A stretch of DNA of 21,885 nucleotides from Minisyncoccia bacterium (GTDB lineage: Bacteria; Patescibacteriota; Minisyncoccia; Phycocordibacterales; UBA918), in contig CAXRCZ010000011.1 in assembly GCA_964229335.1 (NCBI GenBank), forward strand, positions 1 to 21,885, given 5' to 3'. The notes under the pieces are model-generated. The model was not told the origin of the DNA and ran no database searches. It was given only the letters and a program-made list of their open reading frames with translations. The translations under genes were made by a program, and so were the position numbers. Of this stretch, positions 14,205-21,885 are shown piece by piece; the stretch's first letter is position 1; the number at the start of each line of letters is the position of its first letter.

Positions 14205-15566
14205 ATGGCAACCTTAGGATTTTATGGCGGTGTTGGATCAGTAACTGGGGCAAACTTCTTACTCGAGTGGGATGATAGCAAGGTCATGGTAGATTGCGGC
14301 CTTATTCAAGGTAGTGAATTTGCAGCAGAAGAGAACGCTGCCGCCTTTGCCTATGACCCTACAAGTGTCGACGTTCTATTGGTTACCCATGCTCACGCTG
14401 ATCATATTGGTCGTATACCAAAGCTTGTAAAAGAAGGGTTCAAGGGAGTTGTTTATTCAACACCAGCCACCAAAGACTTAGCCGCTGTCATGCTAGCTGA
14501 TGCGGTCAAGGTGCAGCAGTACGAAGCAAAAAAAACTAATCAAGAACCACTGTATGATGAGTCCGAGGTAGCAGCCAGTCTCAGCCTCTGGAAGGTACAT
14601 GGCTATGAAGAACCTTTTACAATCGCGGAAGATATAACGGTAAATTTTTACGACGCCGGTCACATACTAGGCTCAGCCATCGTCGAGCTGACTCGTAATA
14701 ATAAAAAGATAGTGTTCTCTGGTGATATTGGTAATGTGCCGCAACCGCTTTTGTCGCCACCAGATATACCTACTGACTATGACTACATGGTGATGGAGAG
14801 CGTGTATGGAGATCGCTCGCACGAAGGAGTCGAAGAGAGAACAGACCTACTAAAATCTCACATCGAAGACACTATCAAGAAACAAGGAACATTAATTATT
14901 CCCGCGTTTTCACTCGAGCGGACACAAGCTATTTTGTTTGAAATCAACAATCTAATTGAGAATGGGGAAGTGGAATCGATTAATACCTATCTTGATTCGC
15001 CGTTAGCCATTGCTGTCACAGAGATATATCGAAATTCGACTGAGTACCTTAAGCCAACTATTCAAAAACAAATTAAAGCCGGCGACGATATCTTCGAGTT
15101 TGATGGGTTATCTTTTACCGAAACAGTCAAAGAATCAAACAAAATCGCCAATACACCAGGAGCCAAAATCATCATTGCTGGCTCGGGCATGAGTCATGGC
15201 GGTCGTATCAGACGCCACGAACGAGAGTTTTTGAGCGACCCTAGCACCACTTTATTACTGGTCGGCTACCAGACCACCGGTAGCCTGGGGCGTAAGCTAC
15301 AAGACGGCGCAAAAGCAGTCTATATAGATGGTCAAAAAGTAAAAGTTAAAGCGAAGATTGCGGCTATTAGAGGGTTCTCCGGCCACGCAGACCGCGAACA
15401 GTTAATTGATTTCGTACACCAAGGCAACGGACAAAACGCCAAGCAAATATTCGTAACCATGGGGGAAGAACGAGCCTCGCTCTTCTTGGTGCAGCGCTTA
15501 CGGGAATATTTGGGAGCAAAGGCGATTGCACCGGAACTTGGTTCGAAGATAGAGATAGATTTTTAG
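14205..15566 (+). CDS. MBL-fold beta-CASP nuclease (YSH1/CPSF73-like bacterial family)
   Basis: VDCG, THAHADHIGR, AGHILGS, FSGDIG, MESVYG, IPAFSLER.Q, AGSGM..GGR, FSGHAD. Confidence 0.92.
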   Translation: MATLGFYGGVGSVTGANFLLEWDDSKVMVDCGLIQGSEFAAEENAAAFAYDPTSVDVLLVTHAHADHIGRIPKLVKEGFKGVVYSTPATKDLAAVMLADAVKVQQYEAKKTNQEPLYDESEVAASLSLWKVHGYEEPFTIAEDITVNFYDAGHILGSAIVELTRNNKKIVFSGDIGNVPQPLLSPPDIPTDYDYMVMESVYGDRSHEGVEERTDLLKSHIEDTIKKQGTLIIPAFSLERTQAILFEINNLIENGEVESINTYLDSPLAIAVTEIYRNSTEYLKPTIQKQIKAGDDIFEFDGLSFTETVKESNKIANTPGAKIIIAGSGMSHGGRIRRHEREFLSDPSTTLLLVGYQTTGSLGRKLQDGAKAVYIDGQKVKVKAKIAAIRGFSGHADREQLIDFVHQGNGQNAKQIFVTMGEERASLFLVQRLREYLGAKAIAPELGSKIEIDF

Positions 15567-15567
15567 T

Positions 15568-16158
15568 ATGGAAGTGTATGCTTTTAAACTTTTCGCTACT
15601 ATCCTCGCAATTTTGCTGATGGTGACAGCGTATGTGCCGTATCTCAGAGACTTATTTAAAGGAAACACCCAACCACACACCTACACTTGGCTGATTTGGG
15701 CAATTACCGCTTCGGTAGCTACGGCAGGGGTCTATGTGGGTGGTGGTGACTTAGGTTTTTTTCCAATGCTGGCAGGAACCTCAATGGTAATTTTTGTATT
15801 GATTTTGTCTCTTAAGTACGGTTCAAAAAACATCACGACTTCAGACACTCTAACTTTGATTACAGCTCTCCTCGCAATAGTTATTTGGGTACAGCTAGAG
15901 AATCCTTTGCTGGCTGTCATGCTCGTTACCATAATTGATGGATTGGGATACATTCCAACTTTTAGAAAGGTATATCAGGAACCGATGAGCGAAACACGAT
16001 TATTTTGGTTTTTAATAACAGTCAGTTATTTATTTAATATCTTAGCTTCTGCAGAATTTAATTTACTAACTGCTCTGTACTTAACAACCATAGGAGGAAT
16101 TAATATTTGTTTATACACCTTTATTACTCTTAGGAGAAAGAATATTGCTAGAATATAA
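15568..16158 (+). CDS. Multi-pass membrane protein, PQ-loop-like repeat
   Basis: About 7 hydrophobic segments; two related units VPYLRDLFKG..QP...TWLIW and IPTFRKVYQEP.SE...W. Confidence 0.65.
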   Translation: MEVYAFKLFATILAILLMVTAYVPYLRDLFKGNTQPHTYTWLIWAITASVATAGVYVGGGDLGFFPMLAGTSMVIFVLILSLKYGSKNITTSDTLTLITALLAIVIWVQLENPLLAVMLVTIIDGLGYIPTFRKVYQEPMSETRLFWFLITVSYLFNILASAEFNLLTALYLTTIGGINICLYTFITLRRKNIARI

Positions 16159-16192
16159 AAACCGCCGGACGTACGTCCGGCGGTTTTTATAT
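16153..16192. terminator. Bidirectional terminator forming a perfect 40-bp palindrome
   Basis: ATATAAAAACCGCCGGACGT|ACGTCCGGCGGTTTTTATAT between convergent genes. Confidence 0.85.
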
Positions 16193-16213
16193 GGTACGTA
16201 CTTAGGTACGTAC

Positions 16214-16558
16214 CTATTTTACGGCTTCAACAACGCGGTTAAAGGCTTCTGGGTTTTCTACAGCGAGGGTAGCAAGCACCTTGCGATTTAGTTCGATGTT
16301 CTTGTCCTTGAGCATCTTGATAAACCGACTGTACTTGATGCCGTGGGGCATAAGAGCGGCGTTAATGCGGACGGTCCACAGGCGTCGGAAATCACCCTTT
16401 TTGTCGCGACGGTGATTAAAAGCGTGCAGTTGAGCGTGGTAGATTGCTTCGCGAGCTGCTCGCTTTTTCTTTGAGCGTTGTAGACGATATCCTTTTGCTT
16501 CATCGAGGATATTTCGTCGTCGTTTCTGGGCCATTAGGCCTCCTTTTACACGTGCCAT
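16214..16558 (-). CDS. rplT: 50S ribosomal protein bL20
   Basis: MARVKGG...AKGY...RRDKKGDFRRLWTVRINAA...YSRFI..LK...IELNRKVLA.LA. Confidence 0.98.
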   Translation of the reverse strand: MARVKGGLMAQKRRRNILDEAKGYRLQRSKKKRAAREAIYHAQLHAFNHRRDKKGDFRRLWTVRINAALMPHGIKYSRFIKMLKDKNIELNRKVLATLAVENPEAFNRVVEAVK

Positions 16559-16600
16559 GGTAAGTAATGTTGGTTAATTAGTAATCAAAACTAGGTTTGC

Positions 16601-16792
16601 TTAGGCTCCTGATTTAGGAAGAAAGCGTCGGGTAACTCGTTTTGGAAGAGAGAGGTTCTGGGTTCGTTTGCGACCGAGTCGTTGTTGGCCAGTTTGACGA
16701 GCGTTAAAGTGGTTTTGACCAGGCTTGCGCGCCACCAATTTTCCATTTTTGGTTACTTTGATTCGCTTTGTGTATGATTTATTAGTTTTCAT
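16601..16792 (-). CDS. rpmI: 50S ribosomal protein bL35
   Basis: MKTNKSYTKRIKVTKNGK...GQNHFN; lies between infC and rplT. ATG at 16792 preferred over the ORF-track TTG at 16831. Confidence 0.93.
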   Translation of the reverse strand: MKTNKSYTKRIKVTKNGKLVARKPGQNHFNARQTGQQRLGRKRTQNLSLPKRVTRRFLPKSGA

Positions 16793-16840
16793 AGAGATAG
16801 GTGTGATCGGGCATTGCCTGGGAAACGGCAAAGTGGCAGA

Positions 16841-16869
16841 AATATACCGTATTTAGAGGTTTTCCGCAA
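16841..16869 (-). promoter_or_regulatory. Putative internal promoter for rpmI-rplT
   Basis: Minus strand TTGCGG-17 nt-TATATT. Confidence 0.55.
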
Positions 16870-16896
16870 GTAAAAACGGGAAATTATTTTATAGCT

Positions 16897-17024
16897 TAAG
16901 AAATATATTGATTGCTTGTAGCATGAGGCGAGCAAGCAAAATAATGTGAGGCGTATTAAGTTATACGGTGAGAATTATTTTGCGCCGCTCAACAAAGTGA
17001 TACGGGCAATATAGACATTTCTTA
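16897..17024 (+). repeat. Rod-shaped structured element overlapping the infC stop (antisense)
   Basis: Stems TAAGAAAT/ATTTCTTA, ATTGCTTGTA/TACGGGCAAT, GAGC/GCTC, GCAAAATAAT/ATTATTTTGC and CGTAT/ATACG; motifs GAGGC, GAGGCGTA...TACGGTGAG and AACAAAGT. Confidence 0.75.
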
Positions 17025-17702
17025 TATGATGCCGCCTTCGATGTCCATTAGTTCATCCAAAGACTTTTTCTTGGGCTTATGTTGTGGTTCAGCAGCGTCA
17101 CCAGAGGCTGTTTTGTCAGGTTTATCTTCATCCAACACTTTTACTTTCTGTGCTTTTTGCTTACCTTCTTTTTCTAGGGTAGTAGTAAAACCTTTTGGAC
17201 TTTTCTTGATTGGATCAGCGATTTTGTATTCTGCTGGAATGATTTTTAGGAATCGTTCGAGACGTTCTTTCAGAAAATCAGGTTCCATGTACTTGTATCG
17301 TCCCCATAGGAACAAGTCGACTTTTACTCGATGTCCTTCGAGTAACCATTCAGCCGCACGGCGAGCTTTTAGTTGCTGGTCATGATCTCCTGTACCGATT
17401 TTTACCTGCACACTTTTGGTTTCGGTGACGTGAGCTTTGGCCTTGGCTTTGCTCGCCTTACGCTTGGTTTCGTAGCGGTATTGGCCATAATCAGTGATTT
17501 TGGCTACCGGCGGCTTGGCGTTCGGTGAGATTTCAATCAAATCGAGCTTACGCTTTTCAGCTTCTTTCTTGGCGTCTGCGAGAGAAAGTGTACCCAGGTT
17601 TTCTCCTTCAGGCCCAATAACCCGCAATTCAGGCGCTCGAATAGCTTGGTTTATCTTAGTTCTAGTATCTTTTCTTGAAAATTTTCTTCCCTTGTTTTGC
17701 AA
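17022..17702 (-). CDS. infC: Translation initiation factor IF-3 with C-terminal extension, non-ATG start
   Basis: INQAIRAPELRVIGPEGENLG...LDLIEISPNAKPPVAKITDYGQY.YE...HD...K......L.EGHRVKV; upstream of rpmI-rplT. Exact start is uncertain. Confidence 0.95.
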   Translation of the reverse strand: MQNKGRKFSRKDTRTKINQAIRAPELRVIGPEGENLGTLSLADAKKEAEKRKLDLIEISPNAKPPVAKITDYGQYRYETKRKASKAKAKAHVTETKSVQVKIGTGDHDQQLKARRAAEWLLEGHRVKVDLFLWGRYKYMEPDFLKERLERFLKIIPAEYKIADPIKKSPKGFTTTLEKEGKQKAQKVKVLDEDKPDKTASGDAAEPQHKPKKKSLDELMDIEGGII

Positions 17703-17802
17703 ATTAGTGGGGCTTAATGAATAAATTGTGCCGGTGAATCAAAAGTATTTTAAAGTGTCATGACTGTACCATAGCCTCGCGAAACTGCAACTAGCGCTAC
17801 GC

Positions 17803-18186
17803 TTAGCTCGTACAGCTTGAACACCGGCATCCAGTTGGCTCGATGTATTGTTCAAAATAATCTTTGCCGTAATGAACGGTTAGCTCCTCACCAGCTTTGA
17901 TAGCTTTTTTTGCGATAGCAAACGCTCTAGTCTCAGCTTCGTTTAGTTCGAAAAAACAATTTGGTTTGCAGGCGTGATTAATATAACGAGCAATATTAGT
18001 GCGAGACTTCCCGTCGATAACTCTTTCACTATCGAGGGTGAGAAGATATTTTCCACCGCGCTCGTTGGCTTCATCTTCGGTAATAGTTTCGCCAATATAT
18101 TCAATGATTTGCTCACCCTTTTTAAAATCTTGATTGGCATAGAGACCCAATCCAGCTCGACTTTTTTTCACCACGACTTGATTCAT
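17803..18186 (-). CDS. SET-domain protein (putative protein-lysine methyltransferase) with post-SET cysteines
   Basis: GLGLYA, IIEYIGE, ARYINHACKPN, I.AGEELTVHYG, CRCSSC. Confidence 0.92.
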   Translation of the reverse strand: MNQVVVKKSRAGLGLYANQDFKKGEQIIEYIGETITEDEANERGGKYLLTLDSERVIDGKSRTNIARYINHACKPNCFFELNEAETRAFAIAKKAIKAGEELTVHYGKDYFEQYIEPTGCRCSSCTS

Positions 18187-18281
18187 TGGTCGCTAGTATA
18201 ACAGAGCTTTTTGCAGATAACAGGGGTGTCAATTTGTTACCAAATCAAGCGAGCGAGGATGCTACTATAAATTCAGTAAGT

Positions 18282-19592
18282 ATGAGAACCGGAGATGGGA
18301 CATCTAAGAAACCAATGATTCAGGCCACGTTGGTCTTTTTCGTTTTACTCACACTCCTTACACTATTTGTCATGGTTCATGAGTTCACTGATTATGAACT
18401 CAAGTTGGTAGTGGTTGGTGCTATTTTTATATTCAGCACTTTGATTGCTGTCATTGCGTATCACAGCGCAAAGAATGACACTAAAAATGACATCAAATAT
18501 GACCTTGGTCTAGACATCACCCCGCTATCACAAGAGTTGTACAGTAAGTTGTATGAAAACAGCCCGGTACCGTATTTGCTTATAGATCAAGAAGGAAAGG
18601 TGATTTCTTCTAACGTGTCGGGAGCAAGAATGCTCGGTGTCCCAAAAGAAAAACTTCGTGGCTTCAACATCTTTCAAAGAATTGAGTCCGATGAAATGGG
18701 TCACATCGAACTACTGATTGAGAAGTTTCAGCACGGTATTTCTATCGGCGACGAGACAGTTAGAGTGACGCGACCAGATGGTAGTGCTAGTTGGGCGCTC
18801 TTATCTCTATATCAATTTGTCTCAAGAGCCAAAGAAAACCTCGGACTTTTAACGCTCGTCGATATCACTAAACAAAAAAGAATTGACGAAGCAAAAACCA
18901 ACTTCGTATCTCTAGCCTCACACCAATTACGAACGCCTATCGCAGCTATTAAGTGGAGCGCAGAGTTATTACGAATGGAAGGAGCCAATCTGACCAACCG
19001 GCAAAAAAAGTACACCGACCGCCTCCTCATCGGAACACAAAGAATGGCTCTGTTGGTGGATGACTTCTTGCGCGTGTCACGCTTTGAGTTGGGTACGTTC
19101 CAGTCAGAATTTAGTTCAGTAGAAGTGTCAAAACTAGTGGATGATATTTTGCTTGAACAGACTCCACGAATTAAGCAAAAAGAACTAATAGTCAAAAAGT
19201 TTTACGATCTTTCACTACCGCCAATTGTGTCTGATGCGCACTTGTTGCGAATGATTACCAGCAACCTGCTTTCAAACGCCGTTAAATACAGCCGACCAGG
19301 CGGAATTATTCATATCGGGTTTAATCGCCAGGGAACAGACCTAGTATTGTCGGTGGCTGACAACGGAATCGGCATTCCTCCTACCGAACAGAGTCAAATC
19401 TTTACCAAATTGTATCGCGCCACCAACGCTGCTCGGACAGAGCCGGATGGTACAGGGTTGGGACTATATATTGTAAAAGAGGCCGCCGAAGTGCTCGACG
19501 GCCGCGTCACCTTCACTTCAACTGAAAATGTCGGGAGTGTATTTGAAGTCCAGCTACCAGTAGTGGAAGCTACGCAGCCAACTGAGTCTTAA
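18282..19592 (+). CDS. Membrane-bound PAS-domain sensor histidine kinase
   Basis: Two N-terminal TM helices, PAS region, H-box SLASHQLRTP, N-box NLLSNAVKY, DNGIGI, GTGLGL. ATG 18282 follows TGcTACTAT (ORF-track TTG 18186 is unlikely). Confidence 0.93.
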   Translation: MRTGDGTSKKPMIQATLVFFVLLTLLTLFVMVHEFTDYELKLVVVGAIFIFSTLIAVIAYHSAKNDTKNDIKYDLGLDITPLSQELYSKLYENSPVPYLLIDQEGKVISSNVSGARMLGVPKEKLRGFNIFQRIESDEMGHIELLIEKFQHGISIGDETVRVTRPDGSASWALLSLYQFVSRAKENLGLLTLVDITKQKRIDEAKTNFVSLASHQLRTPIAAIKWSAELLRMEGANLTNRQKKYTDRLLIGTQRMALLVDDFLRVSRFELGTFQSEFSSVEVSKLVDDILLEQTPRIKQKELIVKKFYDLSLPPIVSDAHLLRMITSNLLSNAVKYSRPGGIIHIGFNRQGTDLVLSVADNGIGIPPTEQSQIFTKLYRATNAARTEPDGTGLGLYIVKEAAEVLDGRVTFTSTENVGSVFEVQLPVVEATQPTES

Positions 19593-19938
19593 TTCTATCT
19601 AGGACCTCCTCGACACTCACTGCTGGCTTAAACATTACTTGGCTGAGGGGGAGTTGTAGATTCTTGGCGATTTCATCAACTGACTCAGAGGCAGTGATAA
19701 TAATTATCTTGACGTCTTTGCCCCACGAGTCCTCACGTAATTGTCGGTATATCTCATATCCGGTTGTGTCAGGTAGCTTGATATCCAGTAAAATCAAGTC
19801 TGGATGTTCCGAAAAAGCCAGTGCTAGACCCTCTTTTCCAGACAGCGCAATGTGGGGCTCGTGATTAGCTACTGTCAAAATATCTCTTAACGAGTCTGCC
19901 AATTCGTGTGAATCTTCGATAACAAGAATTTTTGCCAT
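19570..19938 (-). CDS. Single-domain response regulator (receiver only)
   Basis: KILVIED, PDLILLDIKLPD..G, IIIITA, KP; no output domain; 3' end overlaps the kinase gene by 23 nt. Confidence 0.92.
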   Translation of the reverse strand: MAKILVIEDSHELADSLRDILTVANHEPHIALSGKEGLALAFSEHPDLILLDIKLPDTTGYEIYRQLREDSWGKDVKIIIITASESVDEIAKNLQLPLSQVMFKPAVSVEEVLDRIKTQLAA

Positions 19939-20026
19939 ATTTCTTATATACTATTCTAACCCACAAGCAGAAATAATGCAGGGAATAGAACTGTAAGAGC
20001 TAACACCACTAACCGTCATCAATAAA

Positions 20027-20647
20027 ATGGAAAAAATAAAAAACAATTATCTGTACATTGTATTAGCAGTAGTTATAATCGTAGCAGCTATAGCCGCTTA
20101 TTTATTACTCGCCAAGCCAGCCCTCGACAACCGTACTGTTATGGTGCCGACTATGGAAACAGTAAGTAGTCCAAATGTCGCTCTCTCTTTTGCCTATGAA
20201 AGTGGTGTTGATAAATTTACTCTTATCGAACCACCTCTAGAAGAAGGGCCATTAAAAGAAGCCTTTATCATCATGGACACCCAAGCGTTTATCGCGAGCG
20301 AAAGTGATCCTGCTAGTGTTACTCCTCCAACCATGAGCGTCTTTGTATTTGCCAAGCCTGAAGCCTTACCTGGAGCTCCAGACATGAGTCGTCTCGATGA
20401 GTTGCGAGCGTGGGCGCAGGAAAACCAATCACTCACAGCTATTACTGCTGCATCGTCAGAACCAGAAGTAGTGGAGATTGATGGTCTAAATGCGCTTCGC
20501 TACTCTGCTGATGGTTCCTACAAGCAAGATTTTTATCTAGTGAGTTACCAAAGTAATCACTATCTGTTCGCTGGTCAGTATGAAGAAGCTGGAGATCGAA
20601 TGAACGAAGCCTTCGCTACCTTAATGTCGACTGTAGAGTTTGACTAA
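20027..20647 (+). CDS. Membrane-anchored exported protein (possibly PsbP/Mog1-like fold)
   Basis: N-terminal TM anchor; LSFAY...EIDGLNALRY...YLFAG...F..LMSTVEF. Fold assignment is inference. Confidence 0.65.
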   Translation: MEKIKNNYLYIVLAVVIIVAAIAAYLLLAKPALDNRTVMVPTMETVSSPNVALSFAYESGVDKFTLIEPPLEEGPLKEAFIIMDTQAFIASESDPASVTPPTMSVFVFAKPEALPGAPDMSRLDELRAWAQENQSLTAITAASSEPEVVEIDGLNALRYSADGSYKQDFYLVSYQSNHYLFAGQYEEAGDRMNEAFATLMSTVEFD

Positions 20648-20670
20648 TCTCGCCTAATCGCTAATTTCGT

Positions 20671-21759
20671 ATGAAACGATCGTTAATTGCCATAGTTACA
20701 TTCGTAGTATTGTGCGCTGGTCTGTATATAGCAGTGCAGCATCTTGGCGGGCAAGAAGAGGCCGGCGAACGCGACATAAGTCTCACTCAATTCTCAGACT
20801 CATCAATTCAGCTAGCTTTTGATTATCCAACCGGCCCTGATGGTTATACCGTAGAAGACGTAACCAATCTCAACACTACAGAACCAACCGTGGTCAAAGC
20901 CTATAGCATCATCAACACCAAAGAAAAGGCCGAATTAGAGTCGAGCGATACTGCTCGCGAAGCCCCGCCAACTATTCAACTAGTGGTGTATCGAAATGAA
21001 CAAAACCAATCAGCCAACATGTGGGTCGATGCTAACCCTCAACTTTCTAATACCGGACTACTAATGGGAGAAATCGACCGTGATGCAGTCGTAGGAGGTG
21101 CCAATGCTGTGCGCTACACCATAGATGGTCTGTATATGGCAGACAATGTCGTGGTAGCTAATGGAGGCTACATATATTACTTCTCTGGCTCATACCTAGA
21201 AGCTGACTCATATATACGACAAGACTTCACAGCTCTTATTGATTCAGTTCGATTCACACCGCCAGCTAATACTGGAGAGGTAACCATACAAGCCGCGTGT
21301 GAAAACGCCCTTACCTATATGCTATTTGAGTCTGGCGAACAGGCCGACCAATTTATGGCCGAGTGTCTAGCCGGAGAACATCCAGAAGTAGTAGAGCGAT
21401 ATCGCGATAGTATGGGTGGCCCTACCACTCCCAACATTGAGGTGACTTCGCCAAGCGCTAGGCAGTCAGTCGGCAATCCCATTACCTTAACAGGGGAAGC
21501 GCAAGGTAACTGGTTTTTCGAAGCTACTGCACCAGTCGTGGTAGTTAATTGGGACGGACTCATCATCGGTGAAGGCTATATAGAAGCGGAGGGTGATTGG
21601 ATGACCACCGACATGGTGCCATTCAGCGGTTCGATTTCGTACGACTTACCAGCCGATAGCTACAGCAACAACGGCACTGTCATATTTCAGCGAGCCAATG
21701 CCTCTGGCTTACCAGAAAATGACGCAGCGGTAGAGATACCAGTGGTGTTGCAGCAATAA
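20671..21759 (+). CDS. Membrane-anchored exported protein: paralogous N-domain plus C-terminal Gmad2-like Ig domain
   Basis: N-terminal anchor; N-domain aligns by eye with 20027-20647; C-terminal IEVTSP...V.NPITLTGEA.GNWFFEA..PV resembles Gmad2. Confidence 0.7.
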   Translation: MKRSLIAIVTFVVLCAGLYIAVQHLGGQEEAGERDISLTQFSDSSIQLAFDYPTGPDGYTVEDVTNLNTTEPTVVKAYSIINTKEKAELESSDTAREAPPTIQLVVYRNEQNQSANMWVDANPQLSNTGLLMGEIDRDAVVGGANAVRYTIDGLYMADNVVVANGGYIYYFSGSYLEADSYIRQDFTALIDSVRFTPPANTGEVTIQAACENALTYMLFESGEQADQFMAECLAGEHPEVVERYRDSMGGPTTPNIEVTSPSARQSVGNPITLTGEAQGNWFFEATAPVVVVNWDGLIIGEGYIEAEGDWMTTDMVPFSGSISYDLPADSYSNNGTVIFQRANASGLPENDAAVEIPVVLQQ

Positions 21760-21782
21760 GTGACGGTCACTGTTTAAAAACT

Positions 21783-21808
21783 TCACCGCCTCAAAGGCGG
21801 TGATTTTT
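21783..21808 (+). terminator. Intrinsic terminator
   Basis: TCACCGCC-tcaaa-GGCGGTGA-TTTTT. Confidence 0.75.
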
Positions 21809-21826
21809 AACTATTAAAAGATATAT

Positions 21827-21855
21827 AAAAAGAAAACCCGCCGGAACGGGTTTTC
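21827..21855. terminator. Second hairpin, probably terminating a convergent gene beyond the window
   Basis: aaaaaGAAAACCCG-ccggaa-CGGGTTTTC. Confidence 0.6.
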
Positions 21856-21863
21856 GTTATAGT

Positions 21864-21885
21864 AGATCGGAAGAGCGTCGTGTAG
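21864..21885 (+). other. Illumina TruSeq adapter sequence (assembly artefact)
   Basis: AGATCGGAAGAGCGTCGTGTAG is the start of the standard read-2 adapter and ends the window. Confidence 0.97.

Noticed and set aside
16793-16831. ORF-track N-terminal extension of bL35
   Set aside because: Similarity to bL35 starts at MKTNK (16792); the extension is predicted leader.
17750-17773. Possible leaderless mini-ORF ATG-ACA-CTT-TAA upstream of infC, 6 nt after TATGGT
   Set aside because: A better promoter match (TTGCAG-16-TACAGT with extended TG) would start transcription downstream of this ATG; cannot be supported without TSS data.
18186-18281. ORF-track N-terminal extension of the histidine kinase from TTG 18186
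   Set aside because: It covers the divergent promoter region; ATG 18282 (or the next in-frame ATG) follows a good extended -10.

Overview
Bacterial chromosomal window, most likely from a Patescibacteria (CPR, Parcubacteria-like) genome. This is inferred from the missing uL30 gene between rpsE and rplO, ribosomal genes without Shine-Dalgarno (SD) sites, and CPR-type accessory genes. The core is a fragmented S10/spc ribosomal-protein cluster (rpsS to rplO, secY). It is followed by an inverted archaeal-type cytidylate kinase, adk, map, ndk, a beta-CASP nuclease, infC-rpmI-rplT, a SET-domain protein, a PAS histidine kinase with a convergent receiver protein, and two paralogous exported proteins. 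Most notable: (1) a family of about 120-130 nt rod-shaped elements with a shared internal-loop motif but different stems, two of which overlap the stop codons of secY and infC in antisense orientation; (2) a GC-rich, self-contained gene inserted between rplE and rpsN whose 3' end looks like the variable region of a diversity-generating retroelement (DGR) target; (3) long structured leaders before rpsS and rpsN and a dense hairpin array after rplE. The last 22 nt are Illumina adapter sequence. All calls were made by eye, without database searches.
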